Notes under the pieces: model-generated
Database searches by the model: none
What the model was told of the DNA's origin: nothing
The model's input: only the letters and a program-made list of their open reading frames with translations
NCBI RefSeq assembly: GCF_003010495.1
Contig: NZ_CP027570.1
Span: forward strand, 1,470,001 to 1,502,000
Length of the DNA stretch: 32,000 nt
Reading direction: 5' to 3'
Source of the DNA: Megasphaera elsdenii DSM 20460
GTDB lineage: Bacteria > Bacillota > Negativicutes > Veillonellales > Megasphaeraceae
Position numbers and translations under genes: made by a program
Part shown: piece by piece, positions 1-8,189 of the stretch
Position numbering within the stretch: position 1 is the first letter of the stretch
Layout: every line of letters starts with the position of its first letter

Positions 1-1
1 G

Positions 2-490
2 GCTCAAGCCTTGGGAATCACGACACAGGTATCGACCAGTATCAGGCCAACTATGATAGGTGATAAAAGGCCAACTTTTCTTAGGGCTGATTTAGAAGAT
101 ATTAAATATGTTATGCAACAAGAAGAAATTAAGCATCCTGAAGATAAAAATGTTTCTATTAATTTGAAACCTCAGACGATTTGCAATGCAGGTTTTAATT
201 CCTTGACGATTAACCCTTACGGAGAAGTTTTTTTATGTATTTCTTTTGGGAAAAGCCTCGGCGATTTGAGAACAGAAAAGTTAGAAAATATATGGCATCA
301 TTCTCCGATATTAAAAAAATGGAGACAATATAGATTTAAGGATATAGAGAAATGTTCTACTTGCGATTTATTGCAATATTGTAATTTCTGTCCTTCACAA
401 GCTTACTTAGAAAATGGTGGGAATTGGCATAAGGCTTATGATGAGGCTTGCAAACTTGCAGCTCTTCAAAAGACAATTCTTAATCATTAA
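2..490 (+). CDS. radical SAM/SPASM-domain peptide maturase, C-terminal fragment (5' end off window)
   Basis: The reading frame is open to the left edge. The Cys pattern is CNAG-x-C, then CSTCDLLQYCNFC (CX2CX5CX2C), then a distal Cys, which matches a SPASM auxiliary Fe-S domain. Two small peptide ORFs follow immediately. Confidence 0.75.
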   Translation, partial: AQALGITTQVSTSIRPTMIGDKRPTFLRADLEDIKYVMQQEEIKHPEDKNVSINLKPQTICNAGFNSLTINPYGEVFLCISFGKSLGDLRTEKLENIWHHSPILKKWRQYRFKDIEKCSTCDLLQYCNFCPSQAYLENGGNWHKAYDEACKLAALQKTILNH

Positions 491-516
491 AGAATAATCG
501 AAAGGAGGGAGCGTCA

Positions 517-639
517 ATGAAAGATAAAAAGAAATTTGTAAATCCTAAGATTATGAGTAAAACTAAATATCGTACTGCACAAAGCAGACCTTGTGCTCAT
601 AATTTCAGCAATTGTACGTATAATCTGTATGTTAATTGA
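517..639 (+). CDS. putative RiPP precursor peptide A (40 aa, MKDKKKFVNPKIMSKTKYRTAQSRPCAHNFSNCTYNLYVN)
   Basis: ATG lies 7 nt after a strong SD (AAAGGAGGGA, 501-510). It aligns without gaps to the next small ORF (K4 K5 F7 P10 K11 K17 Y18 C26 A27 H28 C33). It sits directly after the SPASM gene. Confidence 0.55.
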   Translation: MKDKKKFVNPKIMSKTKYRTAQSRPCAHNFSNCTYNLYVN

Positions 640-656
640 TGTAAGGAGAGATTATT

Positions 657-776
657 ATGGAACAGAAGAAACAATTTTGTTTACCCAAAGCTTCTGCAGC
701 GCAAAAATATGATATTGTTGTTGGAGCACGGTGTGCTCATTATATGACACATTGTAGTCACGCTAATACCAACTGA
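657..776 (+). CDS. putative RiPP precursor peptide B (39 aa, MEQKKQFCLPKASAAQKYDIVVGARCAHYMTHCSHANTN)
   Basis: ATG follows the SD GTAAGGAGAG (641-650). It is a paralogue of peptide A with the same C-A-H-x4-C core at identical positions. Confidence 0.55.
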   Translation: MEQKKQFCLPKASAAQKYDIVVGARCAHYMTHCSHANTN

Positions 777-802
777 TATATGTACTAATCATAGAAATAA
801 TG

Positions 803-846
803 ACCATGAGCTTACGATTTTTTGTTATAAGCTCATGGTTTTTTAT
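803..846 (+). terminator. rho-independent terminator after the peptide genes
   Basis: Perfect 12-bp stem ACCATGAGCTTA / TAAGCTCATGGT (803-814 / 828-839) followed by a T-run. Confidence 0.6.
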
Positions 847-879
847 CATATATTTTTGAAAAAGAGAAGGGAGAATAAT

Positions 880-1188
880 ATGGATCCGTATATTGTTACT
901 GAGCAAGTAATAGACCTTATTATCGAACAATTGGCCCCAAGTGCCGATGAAATAGACAATATTCGGTTAGATACATGTTTGGTGGGTGATTTAGGCGCCG
1001 ATTCATTAGATATAGTAGAACTTACGGGAGCATTTATGGAAACTTTTGATATTTTCATTTCAGATGAAGAAGTTCGATCACTTGTATATAAAGATTACAT
1101 GGGTTCAGATATAGAAATACAGAGTTTTTTAGGTCTTATTATGTATAAAATAGAAGAAAGGGAAAGGCTTGAAAAAGAAGAAAAATAA
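880..1188 (+). CDS. acyl carrier protein-like protein
   Basis: LGADSLDIVEL matches the ACP phosphopantetheine-attachment motif (DSL). I place the start at ATG 880, after the SD GAAGGGAGA, because the 835 start in the ORF track overlaps the terminator. Confidence 0.7.
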   Translation: MDPYIVTEQVIDLIIEQLAPSADEIDNIRLDTCLVGDLGADSLDIVELTGAFMETFDIFISDEEVRSLVYKDYMGSDIEIQSFLGLIMYKIEERERLEKEEK

Positions 1189-1237
1189 TTAGGGCTGATG
1201 AAAAAAATGATATAATATAAATAGATGGCATGGTGAA

Positions 1238-1273
1238 GGTATTGGATAATATTGAAAAATATTATCCAATACC
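1238..1273 (+). terminator. perfect 16-bp stem / GAAA loop hairpin downstream of the ACP-like gene
   Basis: GGTATTGGATAATATT-GAAA-AATATTATCCAATACC, followed by TATTTGT. It could be a terminator or a protein-binding palindrome. Confidence 0.45.
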
Positions 1274-1347
1274 TATTTGTGATATTCGAATTTAATAGCG
1301 GGCCTTTATATTTATGATTTAGGTTTTCGAAGATGCTTTGCATGAGA

Positions 1348-1367
1348 TTCACAATAATTATTGTGAA
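1348..1367. promoter_or_regulatory. 20-bp perfect palindrome TTCACAATAATTATTGTGAA (possible operator)
   Basis: Read directly from the sequence. It lies about 75 bp upstream of the EcsC-like gene, at the AT-rich/GC-rich boundary. Confidence 0.35.
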
Positions 1368-1441
1368 TGACAGAATTTGTCGTCATCATCTGCTATGATA
1401 TAGGTAAAGGAAGAATTTAGATGTTAGGGTAAGGTGATATT

Positions 1442-2122
1442 ATGGATGTAACGGCTATGGGAAAAGCTTTGTCAATGTCTTATGATAAGGCCCTCAGCGG
1501 CATTGCCGGTATGAAGGGCGCCGAGGCGTTGGCGGCGGAATATATGGCGACTGGCGATGATTTGGAGAAACAGGTGGATATGTTGATCCGCAATCAGGTC
1601 ATCAAGTGCGGTGCATCTGGCTTTTTGACGAGTTTAGGCGGCGCTATTACGCTGCCCGTGGCTTTGCCGGCCAATGTCCTCAGTGTGCTGTATATGCAGC
1701 TTCAGATGATTGCGGCCATTGCTCATATGGGCGGCTATGATTTGCAGAGCGACCGCGTGCGGACGCTGGTCATCGCCTGTCTTTGCGGCAACCAGCTCAA
1801 GGAAGTCTTGAAACAGGCTGGCATCAAGGTGGGGACGACGTTGACGGCTAAGGCGATTCAACGGTTGTCGGCAGTACTCTTCAACCGCATTAATCGGACG
1901 GTTACGATGCGTTTGTTGTCGCGTTTCGGGACGAAGAGCGCCATTAATTTAGGGAAGGCCATTCCCCTCGTTGGCGGTCTGATTGGCGGCGGCTTCGATG
2001 CATATTCGACGCAGATCATCGGCGATAAGGCCAAAGAGATGTTCATTCTGGAAGCCCGGCATATGGAAAATGGGGAAGTGGCTGTCGAAGTTATCGATGT
2101 ATCACATGATGATGCGGATTAA
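1442..2122 (+). CDS. EcsC family protein
   Basis: The segment GFLTSLGGAITLPVALPANVLSVLYMQLQMIAAIAHMGGYD and the glycine-rich C-terminal part resemble EcsC-family proteins as I remember them. An SD precedes the ATG. Confidence 0.65.
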   Translation: MDVTAMGKALSMSYDKALSGIAGMKGAEALAAEYMATGDDLEKQVDMLIRNQVIKCGASGFLTSLGGAITLPVALPANVLSVLYMQLQMIAAIAHMGGYDLQSDRVRTLVIACLCGNQLKEVLKQAGIKVGTTLTAKAIQRLSAVLFNRINRTVTMRLLSRFGTKSAINLGKAIPLVGGLIGGGFDAYSTQIIGDKAKEMFILEARHMENGEVAVEVIDVSHDDAD

Positions 2123-2136
2123 GGAGGTCAGGTACG

Positions 2137-2343
2137 ATGGAACTCATGAATTTGAATCATCCCGCTTCACATAAGTGTGCTTTTTGTAAACACTGGTATG
2201 ACCCGATGAACCAGGCCATCCGGCCGAAGGCGCCGATTGTCGGTTTTTGGGAGTATGATCCGCTGGCTGAGAATCAGTGCATGGTGCGGAACATGAAGAC
2301 CCGGGGTGTGCAGTCGTGTAATCAGTTTGTCTGTAAGATTTGA
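2137..2343 (+). CDS. small Cys-rich hypothetical protein
   Basis: Strong SD (AAGGAGG) 8 nt upstream. It contains CAFCKHW plus three further Cys. It is tightly linked to the EcsC-like gene. Confidence 0.5.
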   Translation: MELMNLNHPASHKCAFCKHWYDPMNQAIRPKAPIVGFWEYDPLAENQCMVRNMKTRGVQSCNQFVCKI

Positions 2344-2365
2344 GGAAGGCGTGATGAGTTAAACG

Positions 2366-2728
2366 ATGGGGACGGCTACCGCTCATGGTGTTGCGTCGTT
2401 GATTAAAGAAGTTATTCTACGACCTTTATTCTATCTTTTGGGGCAGGCTTTATGGCCGTTTATTTATGGCCTTGGCGTCAATTTTTTGGCTGTCTATGAG
2501 ACGGGGTGGAACAGCGGCGATTGGCTTACGAGAGGCCTGCTGATTTTTATTACCCTTAGCTTTTTTGGGCTGCTCGTCGGTATTTTTGTCCCCAAGAAGG
2601 GGTCCCAGGAAAATCGGCATCGTGTCCGATGTGTGATGGTCAATGTGCTGTTATACGTACTGGTCCTTTATATTATCGCCCGGTGGTATGGATTAGCCCA
2701 GCCAATTACGATGACGATTACGATTTAA
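2366..2728 (+). CDS. hypothetical membrane protein
   Basis: About four hydrophobic helices and host-like codon usage. The SD is weak. Confidence 0.45.
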   Translation: MGTATAHGVASLIKEVILRPLFYLLGQALWPFIYGLGVNFLAVYETGWNSGDWLTRGLLIFITLSFFGLLVGIFVPKKGSQENRHRVRCVMVNVLLYVLVLYIIARWYGLAQPITMTITI

Positions 2729-2753
2729 AGCGGGGTAACCTCTCAGACCGCCG

Positions 2754-3764
2754 TTGGCGGCCAGCTCCCCTATGATGGGAGCCTTCTTGAAAGGATGTGT
2801 TTATTTGAAGGAAGATAAGGTTTCGCGGGTACTGGCGCTGTATTCGCAGCTTTTGGGCGGGCGGACGATTCAGAAGGCGGCGGCAGCCCAGCAGTATGGT
2901 GTGAATGAGCGCAGTATTCAGCGGGATATTGAGGATATCCGGGCTTTCTGCCGCAATGGCATGGCCCTTGGCGATGGAACGCCTTGTGATATTGTCTATG
3001 ATTATGTCGATAAGGGCTACCGCATGGAAGGCGGCCAGGCGCAGAAGTTGTCCAATAGTGAAATCTTGGCGTTGTGCAAGATTTTGCTCGACAGCCGGGC
3101 TTTTGTCAAGACCGGGATGGAAGCGATGTTGCACAAGGTGATTGCCTGCTGTGTACCGGCGTCGAATCAGGCCATGGTGACTCAACTGGTCAACAATGAG
3201 GCGTTCCATTATGTGGAACCGCGGCACCGGACGAGTTTCCTCGATACTATGTGGCACCTCGGTGAGGCCATTCAGCAGCACCGTTATGTCGATGTGGCTT
3301 ATGGTCGGCTGAAGGACCGGAAAATCGTTAAGCGGCGGCTGAAGCCCTTGGCCCTGCTCTTTTCGGAATACTATTTTTATCTCATCGCCTTCATCGACGA
3401 CAAGGATATCGAAAAAATCTATGAAAGCGCCCGGGATATTACGCCGACCATTTACCGCTTGGACCGCATCAAGACCTTGGAAGTGGAACAGGAGACGTTC
3501 CATATCCCTTATAACCGGCGTTTCCAGGAAGGCGAGTTCCGCAAGCGCGTCCAGTTCATGTATGGCGGTCGGCTGCAGCGTATCACGTTCACCTATACGG
3601 GCTACGACATCGACGCTATCCTGGACCGCCTGCCGACGGCGAAGATACTGAGTGAAGATAACGGGACGTACCAGCTGGAAGCAGAAGTCTACGGGAAGGG
3701 CATTGAAATGTGGCTGCGAAGCCAGGGGAAATACGTCAAAGACATTAAGATTGTGGAGTTATGA
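2754..3764 (+). CDS. WYL-domain transcriptional regulator (HTH + WYL + C-terminal extension)
   Basis: The N-terminal HTH (YGVNERSIQRDIEDIRAF) and the WYL-type core (YFYLIAFIDD...YRLDRI) are recognisable. The start is uncertain: ATG 2754 or 2772, or TTG 2805. Confidence 0.75.
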   Translation: MAASSPMMGAFLKGCVYLKEDKVSRVLALYSQLLGGRTIQKAAAAQQYGVNERSIQRDIEDIRAFCRNGMALGDGTPCDIVYDYVDKGYRMEGGQAQKLSNSEILALCKILLDSRAFVKTGMEAMLHKVIACCVPASNQAMVTQLVNNEAFHYVEPRHRTSFLDTMWHLGEAIQQHRYVDVAYGRLKDRKIVKRRLKPLALLFSEYYFYLIAFIDDKDIEKIYESARDITPTIYRLDRIKTLEVEQETFHIPYNRRFQEGEFRKRVQFMYGGRLQRITFTYTGYDIDAILDRLPTAKILSEDNGTYQLEAEVYGKGIEMWLRSQGKYVKDIKIVEL

Positions 3765-3866
3765 GCTCAAGGAGTCATGCATGGGGCAGAAACCCTCATG
3801 GGATGGCTCCTCTTTTTGTTTCCCGTGATTCTTGTTATAATGAAATAAAAGAAAGCAGGTGAGGCT

Positions 3867-5370
3867 ATGAAGTGGCAGATGCCGATCGGTGTCGATAATT
3901 TTTTTGATATACGGAGCAAGCATTATTATTTCGTCGATAAGACGGATTTCATCCGCCAGCTCATCGACGGGCACAGTGCGGTGACGCTGATTACGCGGCC
4001 CCGGCGGTTCGGCAAGACCTTGACGCTGAGTATGCTGGAGTATTTCTTTTCTATTGAAAAAGAGGCACAGAGCCGCCATCTCTTCGACGGCCTGGCTATT
4101 GACCGGGCCGGGGCGGATTACATGGCCCATCGCGGACAGTATCCGGTATTGTTCTTGTCCTTGAAGGATTTGAAGGACCTCACGTGGCCGCAGATGTTGC
4201 AATCCCTGAGTTCCTGGATCAGCTACTGGTTCATTGACCATGATTATTTAGCTGATAGTCCGTCTGTCAATCCGGACTTGCGCAGGCGCTTTCTGGCACT
4301 GAAACAGCAGGCTTCTGGGCAGAATGAAATGCAGCTGGCCCTGGCACTGTTGGTCAAGATGATGCATCAGCATTTTGGCAGGCCGGTCATTTTATTGATT
4401 GATGAATACGATGCGCCCATTCAGCAGGCTTGGGAACACGGCTTTTATACAGAGTGCATTGCTTTTATGAAACAGTTTTTGGGCAGCGTCCTGAAGGGCA
4501 ATCGCGACTTAGATTTTGCCGTACTGACAGGGGTCCTGCGGGTCGCCAAAGAAAGTATTTTCAGTGATCTGAATAATCTCGATGTCTGTTCCGTCATGGA
4601 TGCTGCCTATCGGGAGGTCCTTGGCTTTACGCCGCAGGAAGTGGCACAGATGGCGGAAGACCTGACCATGGCGGAGGCATTGCCCGACTTGAAGAAATGG
4701 TATGACGGCTATCTCTTTGGTGGGGCAGAGATTTATAATCCCTGGTCGATTATCAATTTTTTCCGTCACGGTGAGGTTGGTGACTATTGGGTCAATACGT
4801 CGGGCAATGGTATCATCCGGGAAATGCTGCGCCACGTGACCGCTGATACAGAAGGCGATTTGCTGGCGTTGTTGCAGGGCCGTCAGGTGACAGCCCTGAT
4901 TCGGGAAGGCGTCATTTATGAAGACATTGGCCGCGATACGGATGCGTTGTATACGATGCTGCTGACGACAGGCTATTTGACGGCTGTCAGCCGCAGACGA
5001 GGCATTGGCGGCATACGCTGTGAATTAGTGATTCCCAATCGGGAAGTTCAGGATATTTACCGCTTTGAAATCTTGGATAAGATGCGAGGCCGTTATTCTG
5101 TGTCCCGACTGGAAACCGAACCGGGAAAGCGGGTACGGCCGCTTTGACCTGGCCATTATTCCCAAGGATGTAGAGAAGGCCGGCGTCATCATGGAATTCA
5201 AGGTAGCTGCCAGTGAAGCGGACATGGCCGATAAGGCCAAGGAGGCGTTGCAGCAGATTGAAGAGCGGGAATACGTGACGGAATTTCGCCGGCGGGGAAT
5301 CCAGACGGTATGGAAATACGGAATCGCCTTTTGTGGGAAGAAGGTGGAAGTCGTCCGCGGCCAGTACTGA
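3867..5370 (+). pseudogene. AAA-ATPase-like / PD-(D/E)XK (PDDEXK_9-type) protein, frameshifted
   Basis: The N-terminal frame (3867-5147) has FVDKTDFI...RPRRFGKTL (Walker A-like). The nuclease motif GYGRFDL...IMEFK continues in the +1 frame (5065-5370). The two ORFs overlap by 83 nt. Confidence 0.7.
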
Positions 5371-5465
5371 ACGGTATAGGCGCAAGACTATAAAATTTGA
5401 ATATTCTATGATATAATTAATTGTTATGTGACCTGATGAAATACTTTGATACTGGAGGTATATGA

Positions 5466-6995
5466 ATGGCTACAGTTCAGGAAAAGATTGACCAGCTCCA
5501 TGAAAAGCTCGCGAAAATCGAGATGGGCGGCGGTCAGAAGCGAATTGATTCGCAACATAAAAAAGGTAAGATGACAGCCCGCGAACGGCTGGCTAAATTA
5601 TTTGATGAAGGCAGCTTTACGGAAATGGGGCAGTTCATTCATCATCGCTGCATGAATTTCAACATGCAGGAAAAGGAAATCCCCGGCGATGGCGTCGTTA
5701 CCGGCTACGGTACGGTCCGCGGCCGTCTGGTCTTCGCCTACGCCGAAGATTTTACCGTCGAAGGCGGTTCTCTTGGCGAAATGCATGCCCACAAAATTGC
5801 CCAGATGCAGGAAATGGCCCTGAAGATGGGGGCTCCCGTCATCGGCATCAATGATTCCGGCGGTGCCCGCATCCAGGAAGGCGTCGATGCCCTGTCCGGG
5901 TTTGGCCGCATCTTCATGAATAATACGGCTGCATCCGGCGTCATCCCGCAGATCGCCGTCATCATGGGGCCTTGTGCCGGCGGTGCTGTATACAGCCCGG
6001 CTCTGATGGATTTCGTCTTCATGGTCAAGAATACATCGGACATGTTCCTTACGGGCCCGGCCGTCATCAAGTCGGTCACGGCCGAAGAAGTAACGGCCGA
6101 AGAACTGGGCGGTGCCATGACGCACAGCTCCATTTCCGGCGTCGCTCACTTTGCCTGTGAAAATGAAGATGACTGCATCGAAAAAATCAAGGCCCTCCTC
6201 GATTTCCTGCCCAGCAACAACATGGAAGAAGCGCCGGTCATCGATTCCGATGATGATCCGAACCGTGAAGATGAAAGCCTCAATTCGGTCATTCCCGATA
6301 ACAGCAGCATGCCTTACGATATGCTCGACGTCATCAAATCCTGCGTCGACGACGGCAACGTATTCCAGGTATTGGAAAACTATGCCCTGAACATCATCAC
6401 CTGCTTTGCCCGCTTTGACGGCCAGACTGTCGGCATCATCGCCAACCAACCGAAGTTCCTCGCCGGCTGCCTGGATATCAATGCGTCCGACAAAGCAGCC
6501 CGTTTCATCCGCTTCTGCGACAGCTTTAATATCCCTGTCGTCACCTTCGTCGATGTACCGGGCTTCCTGCCTGGGACGACCCAGGAATACGGTGGTATCA
6601 TCCGCCACGGCGCCAAGATGCTCTATGCCTATTGTGAAGCGACCGTTCCCAAGATTACTGTCGTCACCCGCAAAGCATACGGCGGAGCCTATATCGCCAT
6701 GTGCTGCCGTCAGCTCGGTGCTGACATGGTCATGGCCTGGCCGTCGGCAGAAATCGCCGTCATGGGTCCCGATGGCGCAGCCAATATCATCTTCAAACAC
6801 GATCCGGAAAAGGAAAAGAAGAAACAGGAATATATCAATGAATTTTCGACGCCCTATAAAGCAGCCGAACACGGCCAGATCGATTGCGTCATCGAACCGA
6901 AGGAAACGCGTCCGCGCATCATCAGCGCCCTGGCTATGCTTTACAGCAAACGGGAAGAACGGCCGTCGAAGAAACACGGCAACATGCCGTTATAA
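5466..6995 (+). CDS. mmdA: methylmalonyl-CoA decarboxylase alpha subunit (carboxyltransferase)
   Basis: 509 aa. It matches my memory of V. parvula MmdA along its full length (MATVQEKI...KMTARERL...INDSGGARIQE...PKKHGNxPL). Confidence 0.93.
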   Translation: MATVQEKIDQLHEKLAKIEMGGGQKRIDSQHKKGKMTARERLAKLFDEGSFTEMGQFIHHRCMNFNMQEKEIPGDGVVTGYGTVRGRLVFAYAEDFTVEGGSLGEMHAHKIAQMQEMALKMGAPVIGINDSGGARIQEGVDALSGFGRIFMNNTAASGVIPQIAVIMGPCAGGAVYSPALMDFVFMVKNTSDMFLTGPAVIKSVTAEEVTAEELGGAMTHSSISGVAHFACENEDDCIEKIKALLDFLPSNNMEEAPVIDSDDDPNREDESLNSVIPDNSSMPYDMLDVIKSCVDDGNVFQVLENYALNIITCFARFDGQTVGIIANQPKFLAGCLDINASDKAARFIRFCDSFNIPVVTFVDVPGFLPGTTQEYGGIIRHGAKMLYAYCEATVPKITVVTRKAYGGAYIAMCCRQLGADMVMAWPSAEIAVMGPDGAANIIFKHDPEKEKKKQEYINEFSTPYKAAEHGQIDCVIEPKETRPRIISALAMLYSKREERPSKKHGNMPL

Positions 6996-7007
6996 GGAGG
7001 CTGCCGT

Positions 7008-7493
7008 ATGATAGAAATTCAATTTGCCGTCATCGTCCTGCTGATTGCTATGACCTTGATTTTGAGCCGGTACTATAATACCCGCTTTCGTGCCTTGGAA
7101 GACAAGATGAAGGACGTCGCCGATTTTCAGCAGAGCGTCAAAGACCTGGCAGAAGCCGTCCAGGACTTGAAGGAAGCTGTAAAATCTGAAAAGACGGTCC
7201 AGCCGCAACCGACACAACCGGAAAAACAGGAACTGACCCACCCCGTCGTCCCTGTCGGCCAGCGTCAGCCGGCTGTCGTAGCGGCCCGGCCGATGACCGT
7301 CGTATCAGACGGGAACCAGGCCGTTCCGGAAGGGGAGCTTTCGGATGAAGTCGTCGCCGTCATCATGGCTGCTGTTGCCGCCTATGGCTATTCACCGGCA
7401 GCTATCCGCTCTATCCGTCCGCAGAAGCGCGGTTATAAACGCCATCGGGAAAATTGGGCTATGGCAGCCCGCCTGGGTGGCATGAGTCGTTAA
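7008..7493 (+). CDS. mmdD: OadG-like small membrane subunit (decarboxylase delta/gamma-type)
   Basis: It has an N-terminal TM helix and a C-terminal VVAVIMAAVAAY...IRSIR motif typical of the OadG family. A strong SD is present, and it lies between mmdA and the biotin carrier gene. Confidence 0.65.
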   Translation: MIEIQFAVIVLLIAMTLILSRYYNTRFRALEDKMKDVADFQQSVKDLAEAVQDLKEAVKSEKTVQPQPTQPEKQELTHPVVPVGQRQPAVVAARPMTVVSDGNQAVPEGELSDEVVAVIMAAVAAYGYSPAAIRSIRPQKRGYKRHRENWAMAARLGGMSR

Positions 7494-7528
7494 CTGAAAA
7501 CGTATTTAGATCCAGGAGGACAAGATAT

Positions 7529-7936
7529 ATGAAAAAATTCAAGATTACTGTCAATGGCAAAGCGTATGAAGTAGAAGTCGAAGAAATGGGCGGCACTCCG
7601 GTGGCAGCTCCCGCACCGGCTCCGGCTGCACCGGCACCCGCTCCGGCAGCTCCCGCACCAGCTCCGGCTGCACCGGCATCTACACCGGCTCCCGCTGTAG
7701 GCGGCCCGATTCCTGATGGCGCCATTACGGTCAAAGCCCCCATGCCGGGCAAGATTTCGGCTCTTAAAGCCGAAGCTGGCAAAGCCGTCAAACGAGGCGA
7801 CATCATCCTCGTCTTGGAAGCCATGAAGATGCAGAACGACATCACAGCCACTGCTGACGGCACGCTCCACGAAATCCGCGTCAATCCCGGCGATAACGTA
7901 AAGACCGGCGACGTACTGGCCGTCATCGTGAAATAA
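7529..7936 (+). CDS. mmdC: biotin carboxyl carrier subunit of methylmalonyl-CoA decarboxylase
   Basis: Starts MKKFKITVNGKAYEVEVEE, followed by an Ala/Pro linker and the biotinyl-lysine motif EAMKMQN. ATG 7529 follows the SD AGGAGGA. Confidence 0.9.
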   Translation: MKKFKITVNGKAYEVEVEEMGGTPVAAPAPAPAAPAPAPAAPAPAPAAPASTPAPAVGGPIPDGAITVKAPMPGKISALKAEAGKAVKRGDIILVLEAMKMQNDITATADGTLHEIRVNPGDNVKTGDVLAVIVK

Positions 7937-7963
7937 GATTATATTTTAAACGATAGTGGATAG

Positions 7964-8014
7964 AAAAGCCCGGTAACTTATGCTGTACGTTACGCATAAG
8001 TTACCGGGCTTTTT
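7964..8014 (+). terminator. rho-independent terminator of the mmd operon
   Basis: 20-bp stem AAAAGCCCGGTAACTTATGC / GCATAAGTTACCGGGCTTTT followed by a T-run. Confidence 0.8.
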
Positions 8015-8105
8015 CTGAACAGGTTATACCTGAATCTCGCAGCGGGACGCCTTATCAGGACGTCCTCTACCACTAAAAACTACAAACTGCAAACTTAAAA
8101 CTCAA

Positions 8106-8138
8106 AAGGGCTTGTCGTCGTGCGACAAGCCCTTTTTT
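8106..8138. terminator. bidirectional hairpin terminator next to the tRNA fragment
   Basis: AAGGGCTTGTCG / CGACAAGCCCTT, with a T-run after the stem on both strands. On the minus strand it lies immediately downstream of the tRNA 3' end. Confidence 0.6.
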
Positions 8139-8142
8139 GCTA

Positions 8143-8189
8143 TGGTGGACCATCAGGGGATCGAACCCTGGACACCCTGATTAAGAGTC
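8143..8189 (-). other. 3' fragment of tRNA-Lys(CTT), from anticodon loop to CCA; probable prophage attL core
   Basis: The minus strand reads GACTCTTAATCAGG-GTGTC-CAGGGTTCGATCCCCTG-ATGGTCC-A-CCA: anticodon loop with CTT, variable loop, T-arm, acceptor 3' strand. No matching 5' acceptor strand (GGACCAT) or D-arm is present further upstream. Confidence 0.75.

Noticed and set aside
1095-1352. An 85-aa minus-strand ORF in the AT-rich spacer, and a 70-aa ORF at 846-1058 antisense to the ACP-like gene.
   Set aside because: The products are low-complexity and rich in Ile/Phe/Asn/Tyr, typical of random frames in AT-rich DNA. One spans the two palindromes. Neither has an SD.
2718-3503. A 261-aa ORF antisense to the WYL regulator, and a 160-aa ORF at 3759-4241 antisense to the ATPase gene.
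   Set aside because: No recognisable motifs. They overlap well-supported sense genes, and their composition is typical of antisense frames.
5598-6977. A 459-aa ORF antisense to mmdA, plus several 60-200 aa ORFs in other frames of mmdA.
   Set aside because: The product is low-complexity and rich in Asp/Gly/Arg, with no SD. It is fully embedded in a highly confident gene. This is a typical shadow ORF of GC-rich coding sequence.
7604-7690. A GC-rich quasi-tandem DNA repeat (GCACCGGCTCCGGCTGCACCGGCA...).
   Set aside because: It encodes the Ala/Pro flexible linker of the biotin carrier protein, a normal feature of these subunits. It is not a CRISPR array or a regulatory repeat.
8045-8074. A tRNA-like arm on the minus strand: AGTGGTAGAG, then a 7-bp stem with loop CTGATAA, which would be Ile-GAT-like.
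   Set aside because: No T-arm (GTTCGA-type) and no pairing acceptor stems exist on either side. It lies beyond a terminator. It is probably a chance resemblance or an ancient tRNA scrap, not a gene.
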